The notes below the pieces were generated by a model. It did not search any database and was not told the DNA's origin. It was given only the letters and a program-made list of their open reading frames with translations. The position numbers and the translations under genes are program-made. From Monocercomonoides exilis PA203 (lineage: Eukaryota; Protista; Preaxostyla), in contig LSRY02000006.1 of the NCBI GenBank assembly GCA_001643675.2, positions 186,001-250,000 on the forward strand: DNA of 64,000 nucleotides, in the 5' to 3' direction. Shown here in pieces: positions 23,305 through 36,300 of this stretch. How positions within the stretch are numbered: the first letter of the stretch is position 1; the number at the start of each line of letters is the position of its first letter.

Positions 23305-26235
23305 ATGGGATTGACTCAGAGTATTCAGGAAAAGAGAGATTACATTGTTTCTTATATCGAAGAGACGCATCTTGATTCTTTTCCTCTTTCGAGACTTTGT
23401 GATTTGAAAAGCAATTCAGAATATGTTCTTCAAGAAAAATCTTGCATGAAACTTACAAATTTAACGAAACTATTGCCATTTGACAGTGAAAGCCATTGTT
23501 TGATGAAAATGTTTGCACTTTTTGACGAAAAGAAAGCTGGGTATGAACACCAATATATAATGTTATTATTATTTATATTTTTATCTCAGATTTATAAATG
23601 AATCTCAGATCTTTTTCCCTTTGATAATGTTTAATAAGTTCGCCACACTTTCAGAAAAGCTTGAAGGTATTTTTATCTATATATTTTTGAAAATATCGTT
23701 AATTATTGTATGACTTTCTATTTTTTGGAATCAGCGATATTCATGGAACATTTTAATTCCTTAAATCATTTCATGACATTAAATTCCGTATTGTTCATTG
23801 GGAAATGTTCTTTATTTGCCTCTTCTTCAGTTCAGAATGATGAGCAAGTTTTGGAAATTCTGATGGAGGAATTGAAAAACATGAAAGAGGAAAGCATGGA
23901 TAAAATTGGTTATGAGACATTTAAAGCCATTGTTTTAAAGCATAAGGAATTTCTTGATCCAAGAATGGATAATAATGAAACAGATAGAAGTCAAATTTTG
24001 CCGATAATTAATGAAACGAAGGCGGACATTGAAACCAAAAAAGCACAAGATGCCACCGATGTTTGTTTGAAAAAGATCGATTCAAATTGTGAAGCACATC
24101 TTGAAAACGAAGCGCGATCTGAAGAAAGCCAAAAAAATGAGCAAAAAGGAACTAATGATGAAGAAAATTCAGATTCTAATTTTAAATCACAAACTCTTTC
24201 TTCTGATTCTCTTATGCATTCTGTAGCAGATTCCGTTCATTCTCAACTATCTTCTGATATTTCTTTTACGAATCTTGATTCACCTTCTTTCTCTAAAGAT
24301 CATAAAAGCAAATCTCAGGATGCGTCTTCATCTCCTTTGCCTCAAAGTAACTCAAATTCGAATTCTTCTCCCTCTCCAAAAACCAACCCACACAATAACA
24401 CCTCTTCCACCCAACCTCATCTTTTGAGTGTTTCTTCTTCTCTTTCTCTTTCTTCTTCTGAAAACACAAACCGCCCCAGCCCTTCTGCCAGCCCTGGCTC
24501 CACCGCCGGCTTCTGCGAGTGGCAGCACAACGAAGAAGATGCTGACTCCTACGTCGAATGGACAGCTCTTTCAGGCAACCAGCATGTCACAGCAAGCAAC
24601 ACAGATGTGTCAAGAGCAGATTCTCGTGAATTGCTCTGGCCATCTTCTGCTTCTTCTTCTTCGCCTCTGATGCATCCTTCGATATCTGGCGTCTCATCAG
24701 GTGCCTTCTTTGCACACGCAGAAGGCAGAGAATCGCTTTCTCAGTCGCCTTCTGCTTCTTCGTATGGAACACCGCCCATTTTGGAAATTGCCTCTTCTTC
24801 CTCTTTCATCCCTGTCTCTGCACTTTCATCTGCATTTATGCAAACACCTGCTGGCTTAGCACCTTCTTCAACACCTTTGACTCTTTCATTCCCATCATCA
24901 TCATCTTCTTCTTCATCGTCATCTTCTTCTTCCTCTTCCTCTTCTCATTCTACTTCTTCTCTGTCCCTTGTGCCACATGACCTTTCACTTCCCCAGTTTT
25001 CCCCTCCTCCCGCACCTCAGCAAACACCCGCGCACGTCACCTCTCATTTAGCAACCAATGCCTCCTCCTCCGCCCTTCCTCCTCCACCATCTCCACCTCA
25101 ATCATCAACCTTCTCTGAGAATGCTTCTACGCCAATTGCGCTTTCTTCTTCTTCTTCTTCCTCTTCCTCTTCTTCTTCTTCTTCCTCCTCTCACTCTTCT
25201 TCTTCCTCCTCTTTCACCTCCAATCCTCAGCCCCATCTGCCAAAGGCTCGCCGGCTGGCGATGAGAGTCGATTCGATCGATGCTTCTGATTCAACCGATG
25301 ATTTGTTGTTGCAATCACAAAATTTCAATCAAACACACAAGAAAATAAATGCAGAGGAAAAGAGCTTTTCTTTCAGTCAGTTTTCGTCTCATCGTCCTTC
25401 CCATTCGTTTTCGTCGTCTTCGCTGCATACTTCTTCGAATGATGACACAGGCAGAAATGGCATATCTGAACACGCAGGCATGCTATCAACTCATTCAAGG
25501 AGTGATTCTTCTTCAGATACAACTTCTCATTCCTCCTCTTCCTTTTCCTCTTCTTCCTCGCTACAATCAACATCTGACGACAACCAATCTGAGCAGAGCC
25601 AACAAACATCCACCGACCACCCCCACCATTCCCCTCAGAACTCCTCCTCGTTCTCCTTCCTTGTGCACCACAAGCATAACCCTTCGTCTGCCTCTGTCGA
25701 ATCTCTCTTCTCCAACCCGCGCTTCATCCCCACCCCTGCCCTCACATACGAAAGCACCCAGCTCGGCAAACCAGACCCGATCCCGTCTGCACGTATTGAC
25801 TGGAAGCATAAGAAGCAATCGTCCTCTGCGCTGATGTATTCAACGTCTTCTTTGTTGTCTTCAGATTCGCTTGGGACGTTTGACCAGCAAAATGACGAAG
25901 ATTGCTTTTCGCATTCGGAAGACGACAGCATGCTGGCAGATGTGACGCCGCCAGGACTGCCATCATCAGCATCTTATTCATATTCTTTTGATAATGGTGC
26001 TTCTTCATCATCATCTTTGTCAGCTTCTTCTTTTTCATTGGAATCTGACTCAGGTCACGCCAGTTCTGATTCTATTTCTCATTCTGAGACATTCCCTATC
26101 ACACCCACGTCGCAGACACCGCCCCCTCCACCTTCTCCTTCCTCTCCTTTTCTTTCTCTGTCAATGCACTCAGAATCTTCGTCTTCACCAGAGCATTCGA
26201 GCTGCTTTTCTGATGATGGAGTAACGCCACTTTGA
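23305..26235 (+). CDS. Protein with a degenerate calcineurin-B/NCS-like EF-hand N-terminus and a very long Ser/Pro-rich tail. Exons 23305-23540, 23590-~23666, ~23735-26235
   Basis: MGLTQS start fits the MGxxxS N-myristoylation pattern. The spliced sequence MFALFDEKKAGFINESQIF...ATLSEKLEAIF resembles an EF-hand loop plus the following helix of CNB/NCS proteins. Intron phases are compatible. Confidence 0.65.
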
Positions 26236-27751
26236 CAATAAAACAGAAGTTAGCGAAATGTTAGTTTAATTTTAGTTGGTTAAAAGATTTTTTGATATTT
26301 AGTTTTATTTTGCTGTGCTCAGTATTTATTAGCTTTCTTTTTTTTAGATTTCTGTTTGACTTAGTTTCATTTTTAATTTTAGAGAATTTTTTCAATTTAA
26401 ATTCAAACATTATTCATAATTGAACTCAAAATAATAGTTGATTTTGATTTGAGTGTGCAACACATGATTTTTATTTTATGAGCCAAGTTTCTAATTCTTT
26501 GGCTTGGCAATCAACTTTCATTTCAGTTTTGTTGTCTTTGTTTTCGTGAATATGTATTTGCAATTGCACAGATGAAACAATTGCGATTCAACATTTTGTA
26601 ACACAAGAAAATGAAGAATAAAGAATGCAATGGCTAAAACAATCACTTATTATCGAAGAACACTTTGCTTCTTGATGCATCATTGGGAAAAAGATTCAAA
26701 ACAAGTGTGAAAAAGATTCCATTTTCTTCTTTGCATATGAATACTGAATTTTTCTTTTCAAATAGCAGAATTTGGAATAACTTTTCAACTTCCAGCAATT
26801 TTCCTTATGAATTTGAATTAAAAAAGAAAGGAAAGAATCTGTTTGAATGTTTTAGTTTTCTTCTCAGTAAATATTAATTGTATGTTGAATTCCAAAAATT
26901 AATAATACCAATTCAAGAAAAACACTTGTAACAAAAAAAATAAAAAGGAAAGACATCAATTTCAAAGTATAGAAAACATTGTAAAAGATTAAAAAGAGAA
27001 AGGAGAGAAATTGTAACTATACTTTTAAAAATCTGAAAGACTTACAAAATTAAAGAATTTTAAGTCGCTGAAAAAATTAAATTGAATTAAAATAAAATAA
27101 AAAAGATTGATGTTAAAAGTCAGAATTGACAGATAATGAAAAACAGCACTGCAATTAAACCAAATAATACGCTCATAAATGAACTTTTGGTTCCCACATT
27201 AGAGAATACGTTCCAAATTGCCGGAATCAATGAAAAAAAACTTGTAACTTATTCGAATAAATAAAACAACCTTTTAAAAAATGAAACATTGTAAGATGAA
27301 AACTTTTTATTAAAAAAAGATTCATTCATTAAATAAGATACATACAAAACTATTTTGGTGATCATTCTCAAGAAAAGTCTTGGAATAATGAATAAAAAAT
27401 TGTAAGTTAGACTTTATAAAATCAAAATTTAATAATCCAAATCAAAATCAAAAATTGTCATAAAGATAACATTTTCGTATAAAAATCAGGAGGGTGATAT
27501 AATATCAAAGTAATGTTCATTAAACACTAATGAACTTATCGTGATTATTACAAAAGAAAGTTTACAATAATTTAATAACAAAAACATTATAATTTAAACA
27601 AATGTCAAACTTAAAAGCAGATAAATCATCGAGACTTTTATGTACAAAAATTATTAACGTAAACCAATTCAAAAAATAATTATTTTCTTGAACAACTCAT
27701 ATCAATTCATCTAACAGAATAGATGCTAAACAAAGAACGGCTATCTCATTC

Positions 27752-28471
27752 TCATTCACATTCAGGCATCGTTCGCGCCAAAAAGCATTGATACATAACA
27801 TCATATTCCTCAGATGAAACAAATAAATTAAAATTTATTTTCTTCATAAATACAACTTCAGAATGATTTAAAATTTCCAATGGTACAAGAAACATCTTGC
27901 TCCACCACGAATTTTTAAAAGGCGTATCTCGAAGTTGCTTCTGGGAGATAATAACTGAACACAATAAATGAGTTCCAAAAGTGCTTTCACTAATAATTGG
28001 TGTTCGACCTTCTTGAATTCTTTCACAGTCCGCAAGTCCCATTCTGTAAAGATAAATAAGAGCTACAATTAGTTCCGCAAGGGTCAAAGAAGCTGCATTT
28101 CTTGTAAAGGTGAAAAAATGAATAATTTTATGGTAAAGCTCAGCGTTCTTTTTAATCCTCGATTCATCAGTAAGCAATGCAGATATTTTATCAGATATCA
28201 AAAATCTTTGAAGAACAGCAACGACAGTCTTTGCGCACAACGAAAGACAAGAATCATTTGATAACTCTGTTGAAATGCGGAAGTAAATAATTTCTTGATC
28301 AACAGAATGCTCCTCAGGAAAGGAAGCTAAAAACAATGAAGTTTCGCGTTGAGGCGAATCACCTTTGGAATCTTTAAATGTGTGAACATAAGCGCAGGGT
28401 GTTATCGGAGCAATGCCATTTTCTGAAATACACTCCGAAGATATTGATGTACAATGCGATATTGCTGCCAT
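27752..28471 (-). CDS. Pho80/Pcl-type cyclin-fold protein
   Basis: Single 239-aa ORF with LIVALIYLYRM, LLCSVIISQK...D...N..WSK and LNHSEVVFMKKINFNLFVSSEEY, matching the Pho80/Pcl cyclin box pattern. Confidence 0.82.
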   Translation of the reverse strand: MAAISHCTSISSECISENGIAPITPCAYVHTFKDSKGDSPQRETSLFLASFPEEHSVDQEIIYFRISTELSNDSCLSLCAKTVVAVLQRFLISDKISALLTDESRIKKNAELYHKIIHFFTFTRNAASLTLAELIVALIYLYRMGLADCERIQEGRTPIISESTFGTHLLCSVIISQKQLRDTPFKNSWWSKMFLVPLEILNHSEVVFMKKINFNLFVSSEEYDVMYQCFLARTMPECE

Positions 28472-28811
28472 AATTAGGTAGTAATCGATATATAGGAAAA
28501 ATCAACGAACAATTGCGTACTTCAAAAGTACTTTTCACAAAAAGTGGTTAATATTTTATAGCTAAACTAAGGTTGGCTTTGATCTTGTTGTTAACGAACA
28601 TTAAGGGAATCAATAATGAAGGACGGTTCTACATTAATTTTTAGCTTTATTATAACATATGCTATTTCTAGTTACAGCTTTGAATTTCTAATATTTCATC
28701 ATCCTTTCTTAAAAAATTTTTTTCACAATGAAAATAGAAATAAAAAAATACAAAAAATACAACGTGACGTGCTGCGAAATGATAAAAATTGAAAAGTTTT
28801 GAAATGACATT

Positions 28812-29750
28812 TTAGCTAAAAGCGTTCCCTATTTTTTCCCACAAATCATTTTGCTGATCAAAAGAAAATTCTCCTTCATTTGAAGTAATCTGAACAGGGA
28901 TAGGATCCTTTCCATCAGAAGGAATTATAACTTTAATAGATTTCAAGATAAACATGCTTTGATCTTATTAATAATTACAAACCTCCACTCATTTCATTTT
29001 CAGTGCTCATAGTCACATTTCGAAGCCCTGTTAATTCTTCGTAAAGTTGAATTTGAGCACTTCAAAAGAAAATATATCGAAATGTTGAAATAAAAGACAA
29101 CAATTGCGTTGTGAAAAAATAGCATGATTGGTTGGAATAATAATAATAATTATCACAATCATAAAATTCACACTTTGATTTCTTTTTATTCTGTTCAAAC
29201 TGACGTTTTAATTCTTCCATTTCTTGATCATAAGCAGCGGACTGATCCTGTAGCTGACAAAATTTTCGGATCAACTCTCTTCAAATTTGAAAATTTAAAA
29301 TTTATCATTGCAAATTTATGTGGAAAGTTGATGATATTCAAAAAATCATCTCAATTGATAAAAAAAACAGTGAAATTAAACTTATTTCTTTCGCTTGATT
29401 CTTCTTTCAAAGTATTTGCATCATCAATTTCTTTTTGAATTTTATCCATTTTTAATTTATGTTCCTTCTCAGGATCTGATTCTGTTGCTCGTTTTTCGGC
29501 TTCTTCAACAGTTTGAGTCCATTCTAATTGAAAATATTATTATCTTGAACAATAATAAATGTTACAAAGCAGAACCAGATAATGTTGCTTCAAATGATGC
29601 TTGAGCTTCCTTGGCTGTTTCTTTTGCAAGTTTAACCTCTGCTGCTATTTGTTTAAGTTTTTCGGGTTCATCTGATTCTTCAAATGTCTTTATAAGTTGT
29701 TCCATTTCATTTAATGCTTGCTGGAGCTCGTCTGCTCCTTCTTGTTCCAT
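28812..29750 (-). CDS. SPC24: Spc24-like Ndc80-complex kinetochore subunit (about 205-210 aa, five exons)
   Basis: Manual splicing of four GT-AG introns gives an N-terminal coiled coil followed by NAQIQLYEELTGLRNVTMSTENEMSGVIIPSDGKDPIPVQITSNEGEFSFDQQNDLWGKIGNAFS*. This resembles the Spc24 C-terminal RWD domain (QLY..., G..., P.I/V, terminal LW). Size and architecture match. Confidence 0.7.
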
Positions 29751-30334
29751 GAAATAAAAAATTTGTATTTAATTTCCAATTATTGAATTATTTTTTTATG
29801 GGTTAACATTAGTAAAAATTCTTGATGAACTTAACATTTCAAATGTCATTTTTAATTTTTTTTCATCTTCAAAAAATGCTTTGATAAAAATCATGAACAT
29901 ATTCAACGAAATTTGCTTAAACTATAAAAAAAAGATGATTTGAATGATGCGATTTAGGCATTATCAAATCCTAAAAAAATTCACAAACAAAATAATTCAA
30001 AAATTGCAATTGATTTTGGTGGAAAATTTTCTCACTTATTTATTTTAATTTTCCATCTCTATAAAGATAATCACAAGTTAACATAGAAAACATCATTAAG
30101 CTAGAAACAAATCCAACAGAGAAGAAACTGAAATAATGAAAAAATGTGACATATAAAATGAAGATAAATATGGAAAAAATAACTAAATTTCAAGAGACTT
30201 ATTTGCTGCAAACCAATTTTCAAACGCAACACAAACAAACAAACAAACAAATAAACAAATAAACATTTTAAAAAAACAGTGGATGAACAAAGATAATCAA
30301 AAAACCAGCCAAATAATAATAATAATAAATCGAA

Positions 30335-33300
30335 TTAAAATGCACGACGTTCTGCTGAGCTGGACATAAAGCCAACAATATGCTTGGGCTTCGGGGCTGG
30401 TTTTGGAGAAGGCGAAGGGCGCGGGGCAGACGAGACAGCTGGCTGCATGTAACGCGGCAGAGGGCGAGAGCGCACAGCTCGCTTGGCAGCAGGGGTGGAT
30501 GGATGGGACGAAGACTTCGATTTGGCTTTTGAATCTTCCTGTGTGTTGTCTGGAGACTCGTCCCCGCTCTCTTCTTTCTTTGGCTCGCTGGCTTCACCCA
30601 GCTGCTTGTTCTTCTGCTCTTCCTGTTCTTTCTCCTCCTGCTCTTTTTGCTTCTCCTTCTCCTCCTTCGCATCCAGCGTCTCCTCCACTTTCTCTGCCAA
30701 ACTTACCTTTTTCCCTCTCTCCACTTCTTGTTTCGGCCTTCGATATGGCTCACACACAGGCTTCGTCGGGTCAATTCCCCTCTCCTTCCACATGCTCGTG
30801 TGCCACTCCCGCACAAAGCGGTGGCTGTTCGACGACCACCACGCTGCTGCATCGTGCTCTGTCCAGTACTGCCTGTCAAACAAGATGGCCACAACCACAT
30901 CCTTCCCTGAAATCTGCTGCGACTCTGCCATCACAAGCGAGATGCCAAACGTGCCTGTCTTCCGGCGGTATGTTAAGGAGTCGCACGTGGCTGGGTCGAG
31001 AAGCCGCCAGCGCCCAAAGTACGCGTCGGTGTTCGGATCGAAGTGGAAGGGGGACTCTGGGCGGGGCAGCAGAGAAGAAGAGGAGGAAGAGAAAGAAGAA
31101 GAAGAAGAGGAGGAGGAGAAGCCACGAGTCGAGACAGGGCGATGAAGTGAAAGGGAAGATGCATTAGATGAAGAGGAGGAAGAGGAAGAAGAAGGAACAA
31201 TAAGCGATGGCTGTGAAGGCGGAGGTGAGCCAGCTGGTGAGCCCAACAGCTCCGACGAATCAAAGCGGAAGGAGCGCGAGCGAATATGCGACGTCTTTCT
31301 CCCTCTTATTCCCTGGGGCATTGGCTGGAATTCAACATCTGCCTGGTTGAAAAGAAGAGAACTGGGCACATTTTCTGTGTCATTCATTTCAGGGAGAGAG
31401 GCGACAGAGAAGATGGACAGTTGCTTACTACCCATCGATGCGAGCTGTGCCTGTGACTGTGCTATTAGCATCGACTGCATCGATTGCTGTGATTGCAGCG
31501 ACTGTTGAGACAGTTGCGACTGAAGAGACTTCTGCTGCTGAGCAGCCAGCATCTTCCTCTGCTGCTGCTGCACCAGCGCGTCCCACACGTCAGTTACTCT
31601 GTCCCACACGTCCCTCACAAACACAATCAGCCTGTGCGGCGGGCGCGTTCCCTTTTGCGTGAACTCCCAAAAGGACAGCTTTCCATCGCTGTCCGCATCG
31701 CACTTCGCAAAGATGATCTCAGTCATTGCTGCGATGTCGTCGCCTTCCACATCGTTCTGCAGAGAGGACAGCACGTTGAAGAGGTCACTGCCATTGATGA
31801 AGCCGTCCTGGTCCCAGTCAAACAGGCGGAACAGAAAACGCGCTACGACAAGGTCGCCGAGAGGGGTCAAGTGTGTCTCGCGAAAGGGCGAGGGAAGAGA
31901 AGCAGTGGGCGACTGCAGCAAAGCAGTTGGGTTGATGGTGGGGGAGGAAGAGGGGGTGCTGTGAAGAGGTGAATTGTTGGCGGGGGGAGAATTGAATGGA
32001 GATTGCAGCGAGTTCGAAGAGGAATGCAGAAGCGAGCTCGACTTTCTCGAAAGCGCCTCTCTTTTTGCCAGCACTGCATTTGAGGGAGACGAAGCACTGG
32101 CATCAGAAGGGCTGTTCCCAGCTTCGTTCCCGTTTGACTGGAGTGAATTGGAAGAAGAAGCTGACTGCAAAGGAGTTGGTGGCGAGTTGAAAAGAAGCGA
32201 AGAACGACGAGGGATGCACAATGAATTTGTTCTCTGGTGTTTTGACGAGCCGTTCTGCTGCTGCATCAGCTGCTGTTGGATCAATCTCTGAGCATCGCCC
32301 ACTTCACGAGACAACACAAACAACGAACCCACCACAGCAAACAGAAGGCGCAGTGTGAGGAAGAAGCGTGTGGTGTCGATTGTCATTGAGAAGTCGCCAG
32401 TGATGGTGTCGGCCTCTTTCTTCATCTTCTCCTTCTCTCGCTGCAGTTGCTGCTTCATCTTCTGAATGGACGGGATGTGCGAGTTGTACGACGGCTTTGC
32501 AAACGCCACCTGTCCCTCTTTGCCAGTCTTGTTCAGCACCGCTGTTGTTGGCAGCACATTCGCCTGGAATGGAGTGGGGGTGGATGAAGGAGACACTTGG
32601 CTGTCGAGTTTGGAGTGGTAGCGCGAGAATCCTTGGTCCAGCAAGGGCGCCATGAAGTTCAGGTATGTTGTGATGCCGCCGATCGTGAAGCGCTCCACTT
32701 TCGTCCCATCGGCTGCTTTCTCCTTCATCAGAGGGTCGTTTTCAGGCGGGGGCAGGCGGGAAGCGGTGGAAGACGAAGAAACCAGCACGTTTTCAGCGTC
32801 TGCCAGCGCTGTCTGCATCTGAGCTGAGACGTCGGCGTAGTTCGCAGCGAGCGAGCGGCGGAGCGGCCGGAGTGACATCGCCTTCAGCTCTTTCTTCTCC
32901 ATCTCGTCCAGTTTCGCCAGCTGCTCGTCGATCTCCGCCACTCTGCTGATTCCGTTGTCCTTTGCATCGAGGAAGCTCATGATGGAGCACAAGGGGACAG
33001 GGCAGCAGTGATAGTCAATAGGAACTCCACATTCATAGGCAGTGACAGAAGTTGAGGCATCGTCAGGAGAAGAAGGGAACAAAGTGCTGGAGAAAGACGG
33101 GGCATTAACAGAGATTGGTGTGGAGAAAGGAGTGCTAGTTGCATAAAATCCATTGGGTGTGTCGTTCATCAGCTTCTCATACTCACTCGTTGCTATCAGC
33201 CTGTCTCTCTTCGCAGCCTCCACGCCTCCAATCACAATCGTCCAGTAGAGATAGTTCGCATACACCTCGTTGTCCACCCCCAAAAGCGCCATAAACCTGG

Positions 33301-36300
33301 CAAACGCTGCCGGTGCAATGAAGCCGTCGACATTCACACAGCCATACAAGACAGACGGCGGAGGGTCCCTCCCGTTCTCCACAAACACCCTCTGCACCAC
33401 TTTCGCAGGGAGCGGATACCCCACCCGCACCGCAGACAAGAAGCGGCTCCGCTCCGCCAGGTCGAAAAAGGCGCGCATGTGGTTGACTCCAAAATGCGCC
33501 TCGTTCTGAAAGCGCTCCACGACAGAATCAAACGCATCGACCATCTCCCTCAGCCGCTTCTGCTTTTCTGCATCTGCTTTCGCTTTCGCCTCGCGCCTTT
33601 GCCGCTCTTCTTCTTCCATCTCCTTCTGCTGCTCCAGACGAAGACGACGCTTCTCCGCACGTCGCTCTGCTTTCGATTTCTTGTGTGCTTTTGGCTTTTT
33701 CTCTGGTTTTGATTGGTTGCCATTGTTTTCTGTACCCATATTGTTTCCATTCTCTTTCTCCTTTCCATTCTCATCTTTCTCTTTCTCCTTCTCCTTCTCC
33801 TCTTCTTTCTTCTCTTCTGCTGCCATTTCGTCGATGATATCTGCCCCTTCGCTTATCCCCAGTGCCATCAGAATCTCCTTGTTCCTCTCCATCTGCTTCC
33901 TCCTCTTCCTCTGCCTCGCCTTCTCCTTCTCCACTCTTTTCTTCTTCTCTTCTTCTGTCTCTTTCTGCTTAGCTTCCACTTCCCTTGAGATGTCATCGCC
34001 ATCGCCAGCACCATTCGAACGAGTCGTTGGCCGCTCTGGCTGAGGAATCAGAATTTGGGGCTCACTAAATTTGGGTGTGATGGATGATGAAGACTTGGCC
34101 AATGGAACAGATGAAGTGGATGAGGTGGATGAATTAAATGAATTGGATGAGGTGGATGGAGAAGGAGAGGATGAGGTGGGCTTGGCAGATGAGGTGGAGG
34201 TGGATGTGGGAGACGGAGACGGAGAAGAATAAGATGGAGAAGGAACAGAAAAGGTGATTTTTGAGGTTTTTGCCTTTGATTGTTGCTGCTGCTGTTGTGG
34301 CATTGAAATATCCATTTTCGAATTATCAGGTGGAATTTGTGTATTATTAGCTGGCTGAACTGTTCCATTGTCATTCATTGACTTTGCTGTTTGTTCTGCT
34401 GCTATTTCCTCCTTCTGTGTATTTTTACGTCTTTTCGGTGTTTTTGAGCGAGAAGGCAGTTCTTCTTGTGGTTGTGGAGTTGACTTGTTATTCTCTTTCT
34501 CTCTTGTTTCTTGCGTGGAGTTATCAACAAATGGAACAGAAGATGGACGAGATTGAATGACAGGATTTGAAAACTGTCTTTCAACAACAGTTTCCCTTTC
34601 AAATTGTTCATTATTTTCTGTTTGCTCAAAATAATCCTCTTTTTCATTGCTCTGTTGAATGAGATATTTGGAGCTCCTGTTATGTCTTTCCTTTTCCACC
34701 TTCTCTTCATCTTTCTTCTCATCACTCCAATTTCTTTCATTTACATCGATTTCTGATTGTTGCAATGGACGTGGCTGCAGTTGCGTCTTTTCCTGCTGCT
34801 GAGATAGCTGGTTCTGTTCAAATTGTGCCTGTGATTGTGATTGCGATTTTGACAATGAATGTTCTTCAATCTGCATTTGTGTATGCATTTGTGCTTGTGA
34901 CTGTGAATGTGATCGTGAATGCAACCGCGGCTGTGACTGTGACTGTGACTGTGATATTGATTGCTTTTCCATCTCAATCTCTTTCTCTGCTTCTATTTCC
35001 ATCTGTGGTTTCTCTTGCTGAAAAGACGGTGAATCTTCGTGTGCTCCCTCAAAGAACTGCACTGTGTGCACACTTTCAGTCGAGTCAATTGTTCGAGTGG
35101 TAGATTGACTCGACGAAGAAGACGCTACGAAATTCGACTGCTCATTTGCAGCTTTGATGAGTTTGGAGAGTTTGAGATCACTTTTATTGGATGAGGAGGA
35201 AGAGGAAGAAGAGAAATTTTTATCATTTTTATTATATGAAGCATCGACAGGAAAAGGAGGAGCACCAGGCGAATGTGCGCGATTCAGAGAAGAAGCAGAC
35301 GCAGCATCGTATTCAATTGTGAATGTGGGCGATATCGTTGTTACAGACGTCGAAAAAGCAGGTGCTGTTGGCGAAGCCACGTGTTCCATTGAAGGAAGCA
35401 TCGATGCAGATGAAAGGGTGCTGTAGAATGAAGAATCCAATTTCGGGTGCTTCATCTTGTTCTTTCCCAATGTGCTGCTATTTTCATTACCATCTCTATC
35501 TTCATCATCGTCATCATCGTCTTTGACTGTCACAAGAATCGATTGGGCTCTGCTGAATTCTGTTGTCTTTCTGTCGAACGAGCGGTCAATGAACGGAAAC
35601 ACTTCAAAAGTGCTGTCTTTTGCCCGTTCTTCCGTTGGCGTTCGGCTTTCTCCTTGGCTTTCTCTTCCAAATGAGGTATTTGGAATTGCATTGTTCTCGT
35701 CTTTTACATCATTTCCATTGGAATTCATGCTGTTCTCCACTTTATCATCACCCTCATCATCACCCTCATCATCATCTTCATCATCATCTTCATTGTCATC
35801 ATCATCATCATCTGAGTCATCATCATCTGAGTCATTTTCTTCAGTGTCATAGTAATCACTGTCCTTGTCGTCTCCATCATCGTCGTTCAAATAGAGCTCA
35901 TCATAAAACCGCTCTCCTTTCTGATACAAAAGCTCTCCCCCGCTTCTTCTCTTCTCTTCTTCTATCAGCTCTTCCTGTGATGCATTCACAGCCACATCTG
36001 CATTTCCTTCATTTCGTTCACTTAGCTTGTTGTCAACTGCTGACTGCATTGTATTCTGATGTGCTTTGTCAAATGGACTCATTGCCTCGTTCTGGCTGTT
36101 GGAGTTGCCTTGTGATTGAGGTCGTGCTGCAGACGGAGCATTCAGCACAGAAGTCGAAGGTGCTTTTCGTGGAATTTCTTTTTATTAAAATTAAAATTAA
36201 AATTATGATTAAAAAAATATATCATTGGTAGTGATGACAAAAATAGAAAGTTATCAAGAGAAACAATAAAATTGATAAATAATAGCATAACAACAATTTG

